A stretch of 56,863 nt of DNA, counting the filler, from Dugesia japonica (taxonomy: Eukaryota): the NCBI GenBank assembly GCA_001938525.1. It is 5 parts of 5 records of this genome, joined end to end, with 100 filler letters (N's around TTAATTAATTAA, not from the genome) between each part and the next. Parts side by side here need not be neighbours in the genome. Positions count along the whole stretch, not along the records: positions 32,466 to 40,981 come from MQRL01640576.1; positions 41,082 to 56,863 come from MQRL01542511.1; 3 more parts are not named here. One strand, given 5' to 3'. The notes beneath the pieces were generated by a model. The model worked only from the letters and a program-made list of their open reading frames with translations. It did no database searches and had not been told where the DNA came from. This document shows positions 38,002 through 51,000 of the stretch, one piece after another (position 1 is the first letter of the stretch; every line of letters begins with the position of its first letter). The position numbers and the translations under genes are program-made.

Positions 38002-39265
38002 ATGATACTAGTTTGTATCTTTCTTAAAAATTATTTTCTCTATAGTTTTGCATTGATAATATTCTCATTGTTTGATTTATCCAATAGTATTTTCTATTGT
38101 AAATGTAATGATCATAATAAATGTCGAACTCAAACTGATTCATATTCTTTTTGTACGATACAAGATAAAGGCCACTGTTATTCAGCTAAAATTATTTCTA
38201 TTGAGATGATCAATAATCAACCCACTGGCAAAATAAACACAAAATACGGTTGTTTGTCAACAACTACGAAAAGCTTTTTGTCTTGTAAAGGACATTATGT
38301 TAATCTAACATTTCCTGTTGCAATAGATTGCTGTAATAAAACAAGTTTTTGCAACAAACTTTTAAATCCTAAATTTCATCATCACAAATCTGATAATGAT
38401 GCAATTAAGCATGCGGAATTATTATTTCCTCGAACAACTTTTACTAGTACAGGTTCTCCAATTCCAGTTAATTGGAATTTCATTTTCATGTCTATTTGCC
38501 TAGTTATCTTATTTATGTGTCTTTGTGTAATTGTAGTTCTTATATTTTATTGCCGTAAAAAATTAAAGTGGCATATCAGAGCTAGTAAACAGATTTTACG
38601 TCAAACACCAAGTAATATCATGACAATTCATACACGACCAGAAAATATGAAATTAGAAGATTCCGGTGAAGCTGCATTATTGACTAATAATAAAACAGCC
38701 ACTGGATCTATGATGACTGCATCGTCAATGATTACCAACAGTACGTCGATACCATTTACAGGTTTATCACAACAGAAATTAACTCAAAGAACGGTTGGAC
38801 ATCAAATTTTATTTCGTGAATTTCTAGGCAAAGGGCGATTTTCTAAAATCTGGGTGGGAGAGTGGCTTGGAGAGATGGTGACAGTTAAATGTCTAATCGG
38901 CAGTAGTAATGTAAAAATACTCGATGAACTTTTATGGTTACGTACAATTCGGTTATATTATTCGTGTCCTTTACGTCACAATGCAATTATTGGATTGCTG
39001 GGTTCCGATAAAATACCATTAACAAATCATTCTGAATTATTAATTGATCAATATCAACAAGAAGTAATCTTTGGGTGTGGAATAAGACCCATATTGATAT
39101 ATCCGTATTTTCACTGGGGAACTTTGGCTCGTTTAATGGCAACTTCACATTGGGATTTGAATTCAGATATGAAGCAAATAAATTGTGGAATGGCAGATTC
39201 AAGGCTCCAAACTCTTACGCGTATGGCTTTTTCCTTGGCTGCTGGACTTTGTTATCTTCATACGG
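38002..39265 (+). CDS. TGF-beta superfamily type I receptor Ser/Thr kinase, first coding exon (partial gene)
   Basis: Signal-like N-terminus, Cys-rich ectodomain ending DCCNKTSFCN, TM helix, LTQRTVGHQI, GKGRFSKIW.GEW.GE.VTVK, LRHNAIIGLLGSD, SLAAGLCYLHT. Splice acceptor at 37968 and donor GTATGG at 39266. Later kinase exons are not seen. Confidence 0.93.
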
Positions 39266-39299
39266 GTATGGTTTAATATATATTTCTCTATTTTAAATT

Positions 39300-40900
39300 T
39301 ACCATTTCAATTAAATAATCTTGTTTTGTTCTGTATCCTTTTAAAGAAAAATTAGTTTTTGTAAGATTAATTACGTTTGGAGAATATAGAATTGAATTGA
39401 ATTAAATTAATTAATAATTGGAATTTTAAAATGATTACAAAAGGTTTTATTGTAAAATATTGAAAATGAATAAAGTGAAAACTAAATATAAAAAAAAATA
39501 ATAAATTGGAAGTAAAGAGATTAATAAAGTATACTTTTAAATATTTAAAAAAATTTTGAATATTAAAAAAATTAGGAAAAATAAATAAAACTTCAAAATT
39601 TAAAAAACTAAAATTAATAAATACAAAATAATAAAATAAATTTGAAAATATTTTAAAATTTTTAAATAAATGAAATAACATTTTTTACGATAAATTTTGA
39701 ATTTATTTTAATATTAAAAAATTTTAAAAAGGGAATACAATTAATGAAAAATGAATAGAATGGAATAAAATTTATTGAAATTTTAAATTGGAAATAATGA
39801 AATTTATAAAATAAAATTTAAAATATTTTTAAAAAAATGTGATAATTTTAAATTGTAAAAACTAAAAAATTGGATAAAATTAATGAAAGTTGAATATAAA
39901 AGAAATAAATTTCAGAAAAAGAATTAAATTAAAAATTAGTAAATTGGAAGTAATGAAATAAGGTAAATTTTTAAATATAAATTTTACAATATTTAAAAAA
40001 TTAAAATAACTTTTTGAATAAATTTTCGATATTAAATAATTAAAAAATTGAATTGAAAAGAATAAAATAAATAAATTAGAAGTAATGAAAATAATGAAAT
40101 AAAGTAAATTTTAAAATATTTAGAAATTTAAAATAAATGAAATAAAATTTTTAGAATAAATTTTAGATTATAAAACTTTTGAAAGTTCAATTTTAAAGAA
40201 TAAAAGTAATAAATACAAAAAAATAAAAATAAACAAAATAAATTTTAAAATATTTTTAAAAATTTAATTTTTTTAATCTTATTTTATTAATGTTGGATAT
40301 TAAAAATTTTTAAAAGTAAATAAAATTAGTAAAAGTTGAATAGAAAACAATAAAATTTATTGAAATTTTTAATTGGAAATAATGAAATTAATAAAATAAA
40401 ATTTAAAATATTTTTTAAAAAAAATGAGATAAAATTTTAAATTTTAAAAACTAAAAAATTGAATAAAATTAATGAAAGTTGAATTTAAAAGAATAAAATT
40501 AGTAAATTGGAAGTAATGAAATAAGGTAAATTGTTAAATATAAATTTTACAATATTTAAAAAATTGAATTGAAAAGAATAAAATAAATAAATTAGAAGTA
40601 ATGAAAATAATGAAATAAAGTAAATTTTAAAATATTTAGAAATTTAAAATAAATNAAATAAAATTTTTAGAATAAATTTTAGATTATAAAAAAATAAAAT
40701 TAACAAAATAAATTTAAAAATATTTTTAAAAATTTAATTTTATTAATTTTGGATATTAAAAATTTTTAAATAAATGAAATAACATTTTTAAATTAAAAAA
40801 CAATTAAAATTGAAAAAAATTAATTTTTTAAAATTGAATTGAAAAGAATAAAATTAATAAATATAAAATTACTTTGTAAATAATTTTTAAAATATTTTTA
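39300..40900. repeat. Extremely AT-rich intronic tract with a degenerate tandem duplication of about 585 bp
   Basis: aataaaatttattgaaatttt.aattggaaataatgaaatt at about 39764 and 40349, with matching downstream sequence. Confidence 0.7.
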
Positions 40901-41469
40901 ATAAATACTTTATGGAATCAAAAACTCTTTTAAATTCAACGATGGCCATCTTAAACTCATCTAACCATTTTAATTATAAATNNNNNNNNNNNNNNNNNNN
41001 NNNNNNNNNNNNNNNNNNNNNNNNNTTAATTAATTAANNNNNNNNNNNNNNNNNNNNNNNNNNNNNNNNNNNNNNNNNNNNTTCATTAAAATAAAGGAAA
41101 AGCTTCGATCAAAATAAAATGTATTTGTAAAGAAATTCAAATCTTGACAATAGATATTTGCTACAAAATTCTTAATCTTTTATCGAGATTAAATTGGTCT
41201 ATTTAAATTAAAAAAATTTTTTTTAAAATTAAATCTCAAAAAATCTTTTTTTTAATTAAATTTAATTGAAAATCTCTTAAATGTTTTTAAAAAATAAATT
41301 AATGTATTAAAGTATTAAAATATTTAGATATGTATTTTATTAATATTAAAATTTACAATATTAAAACCTTTATTTTTTTATTAATTTTTTTGTTAAAATT
41401 TTTTAATTATTTTTATTATTAAGAATCTTTGAAAAATGTTTATTTATTGAAAACTTTTAATTACTGTAA

Positions 41470-41990
41470 TTATTGAAGACTTCACTTTCTTTCTGTTTGA
41501 GATGTTCTTTAATTCTTGTACGGATGGTTCTGCATGATTCTCATTTATATATATATATATATATATAAATATATATATATATCCTTACATAAGGTGCGTG
41601 TTATTTTGTAAGTTTTTTTATTTTTTTTACAGCATTTTTTATTGCATATATTTCTACCATCACAAATGCATTTGGGACCACAAAAATTCTGTCTTGGTTT
41701 CTGTAATNNNNNNNNNNNNNNNNNNNNNNNNNNNNNNNNNNNNNNNNNNNNNNNNNNTCTTGGTTTCTGTAATTGGATACCCAAAGGTACTTGCGTTTTA
41801 AATATAATTCTTGGATTGTATTTTAGTTTCGATTTTTTTATTATATTTTGCATGATTTGACTAAATTTCTCATTAATAAAAAGTAATTTAATTACTGTGT
41901 TTATCTTTTGTTTGATTTTATTAAATTTTGTATTCGAGGATAAATATTTAGATATAATTCTATTCAAATAGAATTTATATATTAATCTTT
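41470..41990 (-). mobile_element. Penelope-like element C-terminus with GIY-YIG endonuclease
   Basis: RIIFKT..L, CGPKCIC..ICNKK, TYKITRTLCKDIYI, an (AT)n tract, then ESCRTIRTRIKEHL. Confidence 0.85.
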
Positions 41991-42199
41991 AAAACTTAAA
42001 ATCAGTTGGTTAATTATTCTATAACATTTACTTTGTTACAGTAAATATGTTAAATTTTAATAACATTTAAATATTTTGCTAAAACAATAGTATTACGTAT
42101 ACGATGCAGGATAGAAATTGTAATAAACTTCAAAAATAATATATAACTTATTTTTTATAAATATTTATTTTCTTAAATTTGTATTTATATTTTACTTAC

Positions 42200-45100
42200 T
42201 TTCTGATTTTGTAGATGAAATAGAAGGGCTTGTAGAGGATTTCATTGATGAAGTGGATGCTAGATTATTTATTTTCTAAATGCTTTCACAAAAAAATCTA
42301 TATACCGCAAGTCTTTTTGCAAATATGTGACACACTTGGATTTATGCATAAATCCTTTAATGAAGGACATAAAGATGGTTCGGCTTAATAATAATAATAA
42401 TAAAAATAATAATAATAAAAATAATAATAATAAAAATAACAATTAATAAATTATTAAATATCGAATGTATGTAAGTATGTGTGCAGTGGCGTAGCGAGCA
42501 TATTTGTTGCCCCCATACTTCGAAAAACATATAGTAATATAATATATAGTAGTGTTTTCCAAATTTTATCGGTCGCAGACCCCTTGCCAAAAAAAACTAT
42601 ATTAAATTTCTTTTTGGACCAGAAAATCGTGTTTGTCTTAGTGACTATTTGACGCCCCGAGGAATTATAGACCCCTTTGCCCCTCTCTCCCTACACCATT
42701 GTATGTATGTCTTTATCTTTATAGTTTATTAAACTAAGTTTTGTTTCTCTAAAAATATTTATTTTTCTTGTATTTCTTTTTATTAATTTTTTGTCAGAAA
42801 TGGTTTTCACTTTTTCAAATGAAATTTTTTTTGTTTGGCATTAAAAAATTATTAAAATTTCATCATTTTTATTACTAGGGAATTATGATTGTTTAACCAA
42901 TATTTTTAAAACCATGTTTTAAAATACTAATCAATTAAAATTTTCTACTTTAAAAGGAACAGCTTATTATTTAAAGGCTTACTTGGAACTGGAGTGGATG
43001 ACATGGATGAAATACTTGAAGTTGACGAACCTAAATAATTGAAAAATAAAATAAAATATAATTATAGTTACCACAAGTCCTTTTGCACATTTTTGCTACT
43101 CCTGGATTTAAACATAATTCCTTCATTTGTGGGCAAATTGTTGGTTCCGCTACAATAGAATAGGATTAGTTTTTAGAAAGAATAAAAATACTGCTCATTG
43201 AGGTTGATAATAGTAATGATATGGTTGAAGAACCTGGTGTTGTTGATTTTGACGTTGTTGATGAAGCTTAAAAGTGTTATTTATATTAAATCATTAAATT
43301 AACAATGTACCACATGTTTTATTGTAAACTTAAGCAACACTTAGATTGATGTACAAATCGTTCTTTTGCGTAAAAAGTGTTGCTTCGGTTAACTATTTTT
43401 ATTAATTTTAAATGAATTGCAAATTCTGAAGTCATATGTTTATATGTACAATGTTTCACGGACGTTGGTGATCCGTTACTACTAATTGCGGAGTGCAAAA
43501 AACAGTACATTTAAAATTGTTTCGAAAGTTATAAGTAGAGTGATAACTGATGAAGTTTGCAAAGAACTTACTTTGTAGTTGTAGAAAGAGTGACACTAGA
43601 TTTGATGGGACGAATAGATATGCAGACGACATTTGGACGACCAACTTGTACGAAAAGTAGACTGAAAAACTAATGAAAATTTTGAAAATAACATTTGTAA
43701 TATTGAAGAAAAATTTGAAAGACAAATTAAAAAGGAGAGCGTTTTACAAGAGCTTCAAATACTCGGAAGATTAAAGACAATAAACGGTTATTGAAAATAA
43801 TTGTAAGAAGATGTTTTCATGGCAGATAAACGAGATAAAGGATGCACTTATCTGTCAGAACACAAAATAATCTCAAGTAATGAACCAATTAATGTGAAAC
43901 CCTAAAAATTGAAGAAGCTAACCAAAACCTTTTTGAAAAAAATATTATCCTGAAATACAACTCCCCATAGAATACTACACTGATTTGTGTTTGGAAATAG
44001 GAAATGAAAGACATGAGAATGTTTGAATTTTATACAATTGAATGCATTAACAAAAGGACAAGCCTTTTCGATGTCTAACGCCGATGAAATGCTGTACAAG
44101 TTAAATGGAGCCAAATATTTCAGTTCAATAGATGTGGAAAATACGTACTGTCAGGAAGAGCTTGAAGAAGAATTTGAAGAAAGAAACAGCGTTTTCAGTT
44201 AAGCACGTAAAATATTGTTTTTATAGAATTTCATTTGGCATGGAAGCGGTACCAGGTACATTTCATGAGAAAATGACAAAAGTGGTAGGCAGAATCAATG
44301 GAGCGATGGTAAATCTTCATGACATTCTGATATTTACAAACAATTTAGATCAACACTGAAGTAATTGACGAAAATAACGAAGGCTGGTTTAAAAATTAAT
44401 CCAGAAGAGCGCCAGTCTCTTTAGAGCAAAATCAAATTTCTTGGACATCTAATTAGCATATATAGTGTTAGAAGCAATAAGAACATTTGGCATCCTAACT
44501 GCGTCAAGAAGTTAAATTCTAAAATTATAATTAAAAATCAAACATCAAATTAATTAAATTTTTAAATTATGTCAATTTTTTAATTATTTTAAAATTTCTA
44601 CCTTTATTTTATGAAATTAATTATATTATTTATTTAATTATTTACGCTAACAACTTCAGTCGAACCATTTAAATTTAACTATCTCAATCAATTCTCACAG
44701 TATTTATGAGCATCAAATAATCTATCATGTACTTCTAACGGTGCACGCAAATGAAAATGTTCAATGCAGCCAAAATTATAAAAAATGTACTATATTGTCG
44801 TTAATTTGTTAAACAGCTAATGAAAATAAACCAAAATTTGCATTAAACAAATGTTCTTGATGAAAAAAATGACACCATTCAAATTATCAGTTTTGCCCAA
44901 GTATTGGAATCATTGATCTAATAATAAGTATAAAATAGAAAATAACAGAGATTTCACTTGACAAAAAGCAAACAGAAACAAGATTTTTTGAAAATGAGGA
45001 ACCAGAAGTAAAATATGAATACTTGTATGTCAATTAAANTATATTAAGTTATTAAAATTCACAAATAATATATTTACTTCTAATTAAGTTAGATGTTTTA

Positions 45101-47803
45101 ATAGTACTGGATGATGATAAGTTTTCAGTAGTTTGTTTAGATGAACTACTTTTTTCTGAAATTGACGCTGATGTCTTTGAAGCACTTGTTGATATTGAAG
45201 TTGAAGATCCTGAAATTATCAAATTCAGCAATTGTTTCTTATTGTGAATTATTAACACTTGCCACAAGTCTTTTTACACATTTTTGCAACGCCGGGATTG
45301 TAACAATAATCTTTCATCTGTGGACATTGAGTTGGTTCGGCTTAAGTAAATATTACATCAACATGAAATCATAATGTAATTGCCTTACTACTGATTGAGG
45401 TGGATGACATTGTACTTGTAACTGATGAAGATTTTCCGGATGTAGAAGATGCTGTATATGATTTATTAATAACGGATTATAAATTTTTAAAACTTAAAAG
45501 TACCGCAGGTTTTTNTGCATAATATTGATACAGTGGGAAGATTACAAATTTCTTTCATTGCTGGACATACAGAAGGTTCAGCTTTAGATAGAAAATATAA
45601 ATGTAAACAAGTTTATCATATAATAAACATGTTAGTATTTATAGAATGAAATAATTATGGATTGTGAATATAAAAGTTCGCGTTTATCGCTCACGAAATG
45701 CCAAACAGCAAGTTATGACCAGTATCTTAACCATAATTTCTAAAAGAGGGCTAGTTATTCTGAAAATAAAATGAATTCTTCACTTTATTATCCTTATAAT
45801 ATGAATGCTTTATGATGTTTCTTTGCCACCATGTTTTTAATTAAATAGGTATTTGAAAATCTCTCATTTCATAATTTTTACTGTCAAAATTCATTTTTAG
45901 ATGAGACTGAAATCCATGGACACTTAGAATACGTTGCCATAGATTCTCGTCAAACACGAAGAAAACTGTCTTTTCTTTTTTCTTTTCATGTACGATCCCT
46001 TTTGCCATAAAATAAATTTTGTAACGTTTTNNNAACTTTTCGAAATTATCTTACAATCAAAACTCTTTTGGCATTTGATTCTAGCTCATAAATTGAGAAC
46101 TAGGACATCAAATCAAATTCCTGAGAATATTGGGGAATATATGGATCTATAAGAAAGTAATGAATTGAAGAATACCAACAATTGAAGAATAGAGACGCCC
46201 CTCCAAATCACTAACCATAATTATCATTATAATGAATAAATAATAATTAATAGGGATACTAGCCTGTCTTCCTGTGCTTTAAACTTCATGATTATTGCTT
46301 TCAGTTGATAAATGTGGAGTGGTTATTTCCACCTAAAGTTATGTATACTACCAGACTAACATTAAGTGCAATGCACTTATTCGCACGGTATTCAATGGAT
46401 ATTTATTCATTGCACCCCCTATATCAATAACTAGTCTCGGGAATATTAAGCATAATACTGATTAGAAATAAACAACTAGAGTATCAATAGTTTGTTGGAG
46501 GCTTTACTCCTTATCCGGAAATAATTTCATTAAAACTAGAACTATACTCCATTTTTAATTTATAACACCCTCATCATTCTCGGTAGTTATAATAATAAAT
46601 TATGATCATGAGACAATACTTGATTTTAGATCTAAGCTGCCACCACCATAATCTTAAGTAAATTACATAATGTTATAGAAGAAAGCTGATAATTACAAAC
46701 TTTTATTATAGTATGCATTTTAAATTATGATAAATATATTTATATATTCTCCTTTTTGCTGACTAATTGTAGTTGGATTTCTATTAGCTACGACTTGGAT
46801 ATTTTTTCTAAGTAACTGGCTTGTTAATTTCCATCCTGCTCTGAATACTTGTACTTTGATATCATGTTGTCTTTTCATTTTTGTCGACTTAAGGGATGTG
46901 TTTGATCTTGTTATAATTTCTTTGTATTACTTGTTCACATTTTTTACTCTTGACAATATATGTTCACTTGTTTTTAATTGGAATAATAATGAACGGTTTA
47001 ATAAATCAGTGATCAAATTTATTTCAAGTTTCGTTTATCACTATTAACTGATCCCCCATTATTAGTTTCTTTTACCATTTTTTCTATCATACTCTTTCGC
47101 TATCCTATGGTTCATTATTTCCACATTCTTTTTAACTTTTTTGTTTAATTTTAATTCGCCTTATAGATATAAACTGGTTGGAACTTATTGTTTCAGCATC
47201 ATTGTTTTTAGGAATATCGTAAAAATGTAAATTGCGTTTCCAACTGAATATAATTTCATACGGTGAATACTTTGTTGTAGTATGTTCTCAAACCATATTC
47301 AACTATCGGTAAAACTATACTACAAATCTTTGTATTCCGTTCTTATATTACTACACTTAGACGAAACAGGAGATTGAGAGAAATATAGAAATTAGAGCCT
47401 TTTAGAGCTAATTAATGTTTCTAATTTTTTAAATTAGTGTTAGAGCTAATTAATGTATCTAATTTTTTAAATTGTATATTATTTATGTAAATAATAAAGT
47501 GTTTTCGAATAGTCATAATTTTGTTGTAAATAAAAAAATTGTAAGGTATTTTACATTGTCATTAATTATTCCAATTTTTTCTAATTGCAAATACATTAAT
47601 TTTTTAATATTGTAATTAATTTTTATTTTAGGATTAATTTCAGTGTAAATTTTATTAATAAAATTATATTTTACTGATTTTTCAGCTTTTCTATTTTAAC
47701 TGAAGTATTAATATTTGTTAAATAAATATTCTGGATGAAAAGAAGGCATTTAAGAATGATGTTTCTAACAATTATTATTATTATTACTATTATTATTATT
47801 ACA

Positions 47804-47861
<58 letters not shown>

Positions 47862-48014
47862 NNNNNNNNNNNNNNNNNNNNNNNNNNNNNNNNNNNNNNN
47901 NNNNNNNNNNNNNNNNNNNNNNNNNNNNNNNNNNNNNNNNNNNNNNNNNNNNNNNNNNNNNNNNNNNNNNNNNNNNNNNNNNNNNNNNNNNNNNNNNNNN
48001 NNNNNNNNNNNNNN

Positions 48015-48080
<66 letters not shown>

Positions 48081-51000
48081 TATATTATCACAATATTTAC
48101 AGTTTGAATTTTATTACTTGATAAAGTTGTTAGCATTGTTGTTCCTGAAGTGGATGATTTTATTGATGTAGATACAGCTGTATAATAGATAACTTTATAA
48201 AAATGAAAGCTTTTAATTACCGCACGTCTTTTTACACAAGTTAGAAACAGTTGGTACATCGCATGCTTCTTTCATTTGTGGACAAATTGTTGGTTCAGCT
48301 AAATTTCATTTGAAATTAAAAATATTTTCAAAATTATATATCTTACTTGGAGAAACTGTTGAAGTAACTTTATCGACTAATGCTAAAATTTTAAAAAATT
48401 TAAGAATAAAAGTCATTAAAAATTTTGTTTAAAATATTAAATTGTTGCTTTGCGATGCTTTTATTTTACAAAAAATTTTCACATTTTCAGAAGCGCATAA
48501 TTTAAAATAATAATAGTTAAGTTACTTTCCAAATCAGACTTCATTTAAATATTTATTATAAATCAAAATTATATAATTTCTAAATAATATTAAAACAAAG
48601 TGTTAATCATTGTAACTCTCCCTTTCTTCAAAATGCTTTCCACTTCTTCAGCCATTCTATTTTTCTGTACTTTGAACCGTGAGGAAATTTGATTTCTACT
48701 TGCTGATCTGATATGAACTTCATTATCTGATATGGTCCTTCATATTGGAAATCATTCCTCTTTCTCATGTGTGGTTCTACACGAACTAATACCTAATCTC
48801 CCACTTTGAAAATTCTCTGTCCATGCTTTTTATTTTCAAAAGTTGCCATTTTATTAGATGTTTCATTTAAATTTTGTCTAACTGTCTCTAGACATAACTG
48901 TTTTGTTTTCAGAAATGGTTTTCGTATTTGCATGCAAATTTATCCGCCTTCCAAAAATAATCTCAAACGGTGACAATTTTGTCGACTCTTGAACTCAATT
49001 CTTGGAAGTAATGCATCCCAGTTTTCTTCACTACAATTTCCTTTAAGTGAAGTTGTAATCATATCTCTTATCGTACGAATTATTCTTTCTACCACCCCAT
49101 TAGATTAGTGTTGTTACGGAGTGCTGAGTTCTTGTTTAATATTAAGCTTTGCTAACTTCTATGACATGTTTTTACTCTCAAACACTCTTTCTCTGTTAGT
49201 TAATATGTTTTTCGGTTTGTAAAACGATATATCCATTTGTTCAAAATTATTCCGAAAATTGTTTCTTCATTTATCTTTGATACCGCGGATATACTTACCA
49301 GTTTGCTAAACCGATCGATAATCACCACCATATACTTTTTTCCTGATACCACAGATTCCATATGAGCAATATCTACCACAATTTGTTCCAAAATATCTTG
49401 ACACGTTTTAGGTAACAGCAGTTTTTTCGTTTTTCCTTGATCAATTTTCCTTTTTGCACAAATCACACATTTATTCAAGTTATTTTTAATAGTCTCCATN
49501 ATTGCAGGATAGTAATAATTATTCTCTAAATATGAAAATATCTTCTTTATTCCTAAATGACATAATTTTTCATGAATATGTCTGATAATTTCGTTGATTA
49601 CATTCGTTGGCACTATTATCAAATTTTTATTTTCTCTTTCTACGACTAATAATCCATCATCAATTTTCAATTCGCGATCAAGTTTATCCAAATAATTTGC
49701 CTGCATGATCTTTTCTGCTAGTTGTACTTCGTTTTGCATTATTTCAATTCTTCTTTGTATTATTGGATCATCTTTCTGTGCATTTCGAATTTTTTCTATG
49801 ATGTTCTGATTCTATTGTATGCTGTTAATATATTTTACTTTATATTTTTCTTTCTTGGCATCTAAATATACTGTTTGGCATTGTGAGCATAAACTCTCAC
49901 TTATCCGTGATAATCCATCAGCATTGTTGTGTTCTCCCTTTTTTTGATATTTTAACTCAAAATCATATTCTCTCAGATTTGCCATCCACGTTTGAAATTG
50001 TAGACTTATCGGTGTTTTTGTTTTATTCGTAAATATCTGTGCTTCGTGATCTGTTTTTGCTAAGAATCTTTTTCCATATAGATATTGCTTGAAATGTACT
50101 ACATGTTCATGTAATGCCAACAATTCTTTTCATGTAACACAGTAGCTCTTTTCATGAGCAGTGAGGGCCTGGATCTATATACTATCATCACCTCTTCACT
50201 ATCTTCCGTTCTTTGGCTCAACACTGCACCGACAGCTCCGAAATTTGCATCAGTATATAGGATAAACATTCTATTTTCTCTTGGGTAATCTAGAATTGGT
50301 GCATTACATAACTTGTCTTTTAAGTTTTCAAAACTTTTACTGCATGTTTCTGTCTACATCAAGGTTTTTTCACATCCTAAATAGCTTCATATAAAGGTGT
50401 AGTAATTCTGGCGTAATCCTTGATAAAACGCCTGTAGTAATTCGTTAANCCAAGAAAAGACCTGAGTTTAGATGAACATTTTGGTTCTTTGGCATTTTTT
50501 ATTTCCTGAATCTGCGTTTCGTTTGTTTTTACTCCTTCTGCCCTTATTGTGCGTTCCAAAAAGACCAGTTGTTTTTGGTAAAATTTACATTTTTCTGGAT
50601 TAAATCTCAATCCTAATTCTCTTATTCAGTTAAAAACTTCTTTCAAAATTTTATTATGATCTATAACCGTCCTTCCATACACTAATAAACCATCTAGATA
50701 TACGATGACACCTTTAAAAATTACCCCTGCCAACATATCATGCATCAACTCTTGAAACGTTGCTCGTGCCGTTGCTAACCCAAATGGAATTCGATTGAAC
50801 CTAAATTGACCCTCTTTTATACTAAACGCGTAACATCTCTCGAGATTTTTGATAGTTCTACCTGATAGTAAGCCTGTCCTAGATAACTGAAGAAAATACT
50901 TTTGCACTTGCTAAGCAATCCAATAATAACTGGGTGTCTGGAATCGGAAATGAAACCTTTTCAGTGATCATATTAAGTTGTTGATAATCGACACACATTC

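Noticed and set aside
39367-39681. Hydrophobic Phe/Ile-rich ORFs (also 495-707, 11726-12029, 31538-31735)
   Set aside because: Compositional artefacts of AT-rich DNA or antisense shadows.
39266-41037. Receptor truncated as a natural kinase-less isoform at the 39276 stop
   Set aside because: A good splice donor precedes the stop and the contig ends at a spacer, so the missing exons are probably elsewhere in the assembly.
41690-41775. Direct repeat tcttggtttctgtaat on both sides of a gap
   Set aside because: Typical unmerged contig overlap, not a real duplication.
44700-44900. FLYWCH/MULE-like fragment (GARK*KCS..YKKC)
   Set aside because: Too short and degenerate to support.
47735-48259. 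Poly-Ile/Asn/Tyr ORFs
   Set aside because: Translations of the (AAT)n microsatellite and gap.
42200-48400. Repeat-spacer (CRISPR-like) reading of the recurring 78-nt units
   Set aside because: The units have splice sites and codon-level conservation; they are eukaryotic exons, and no cas genes are present.
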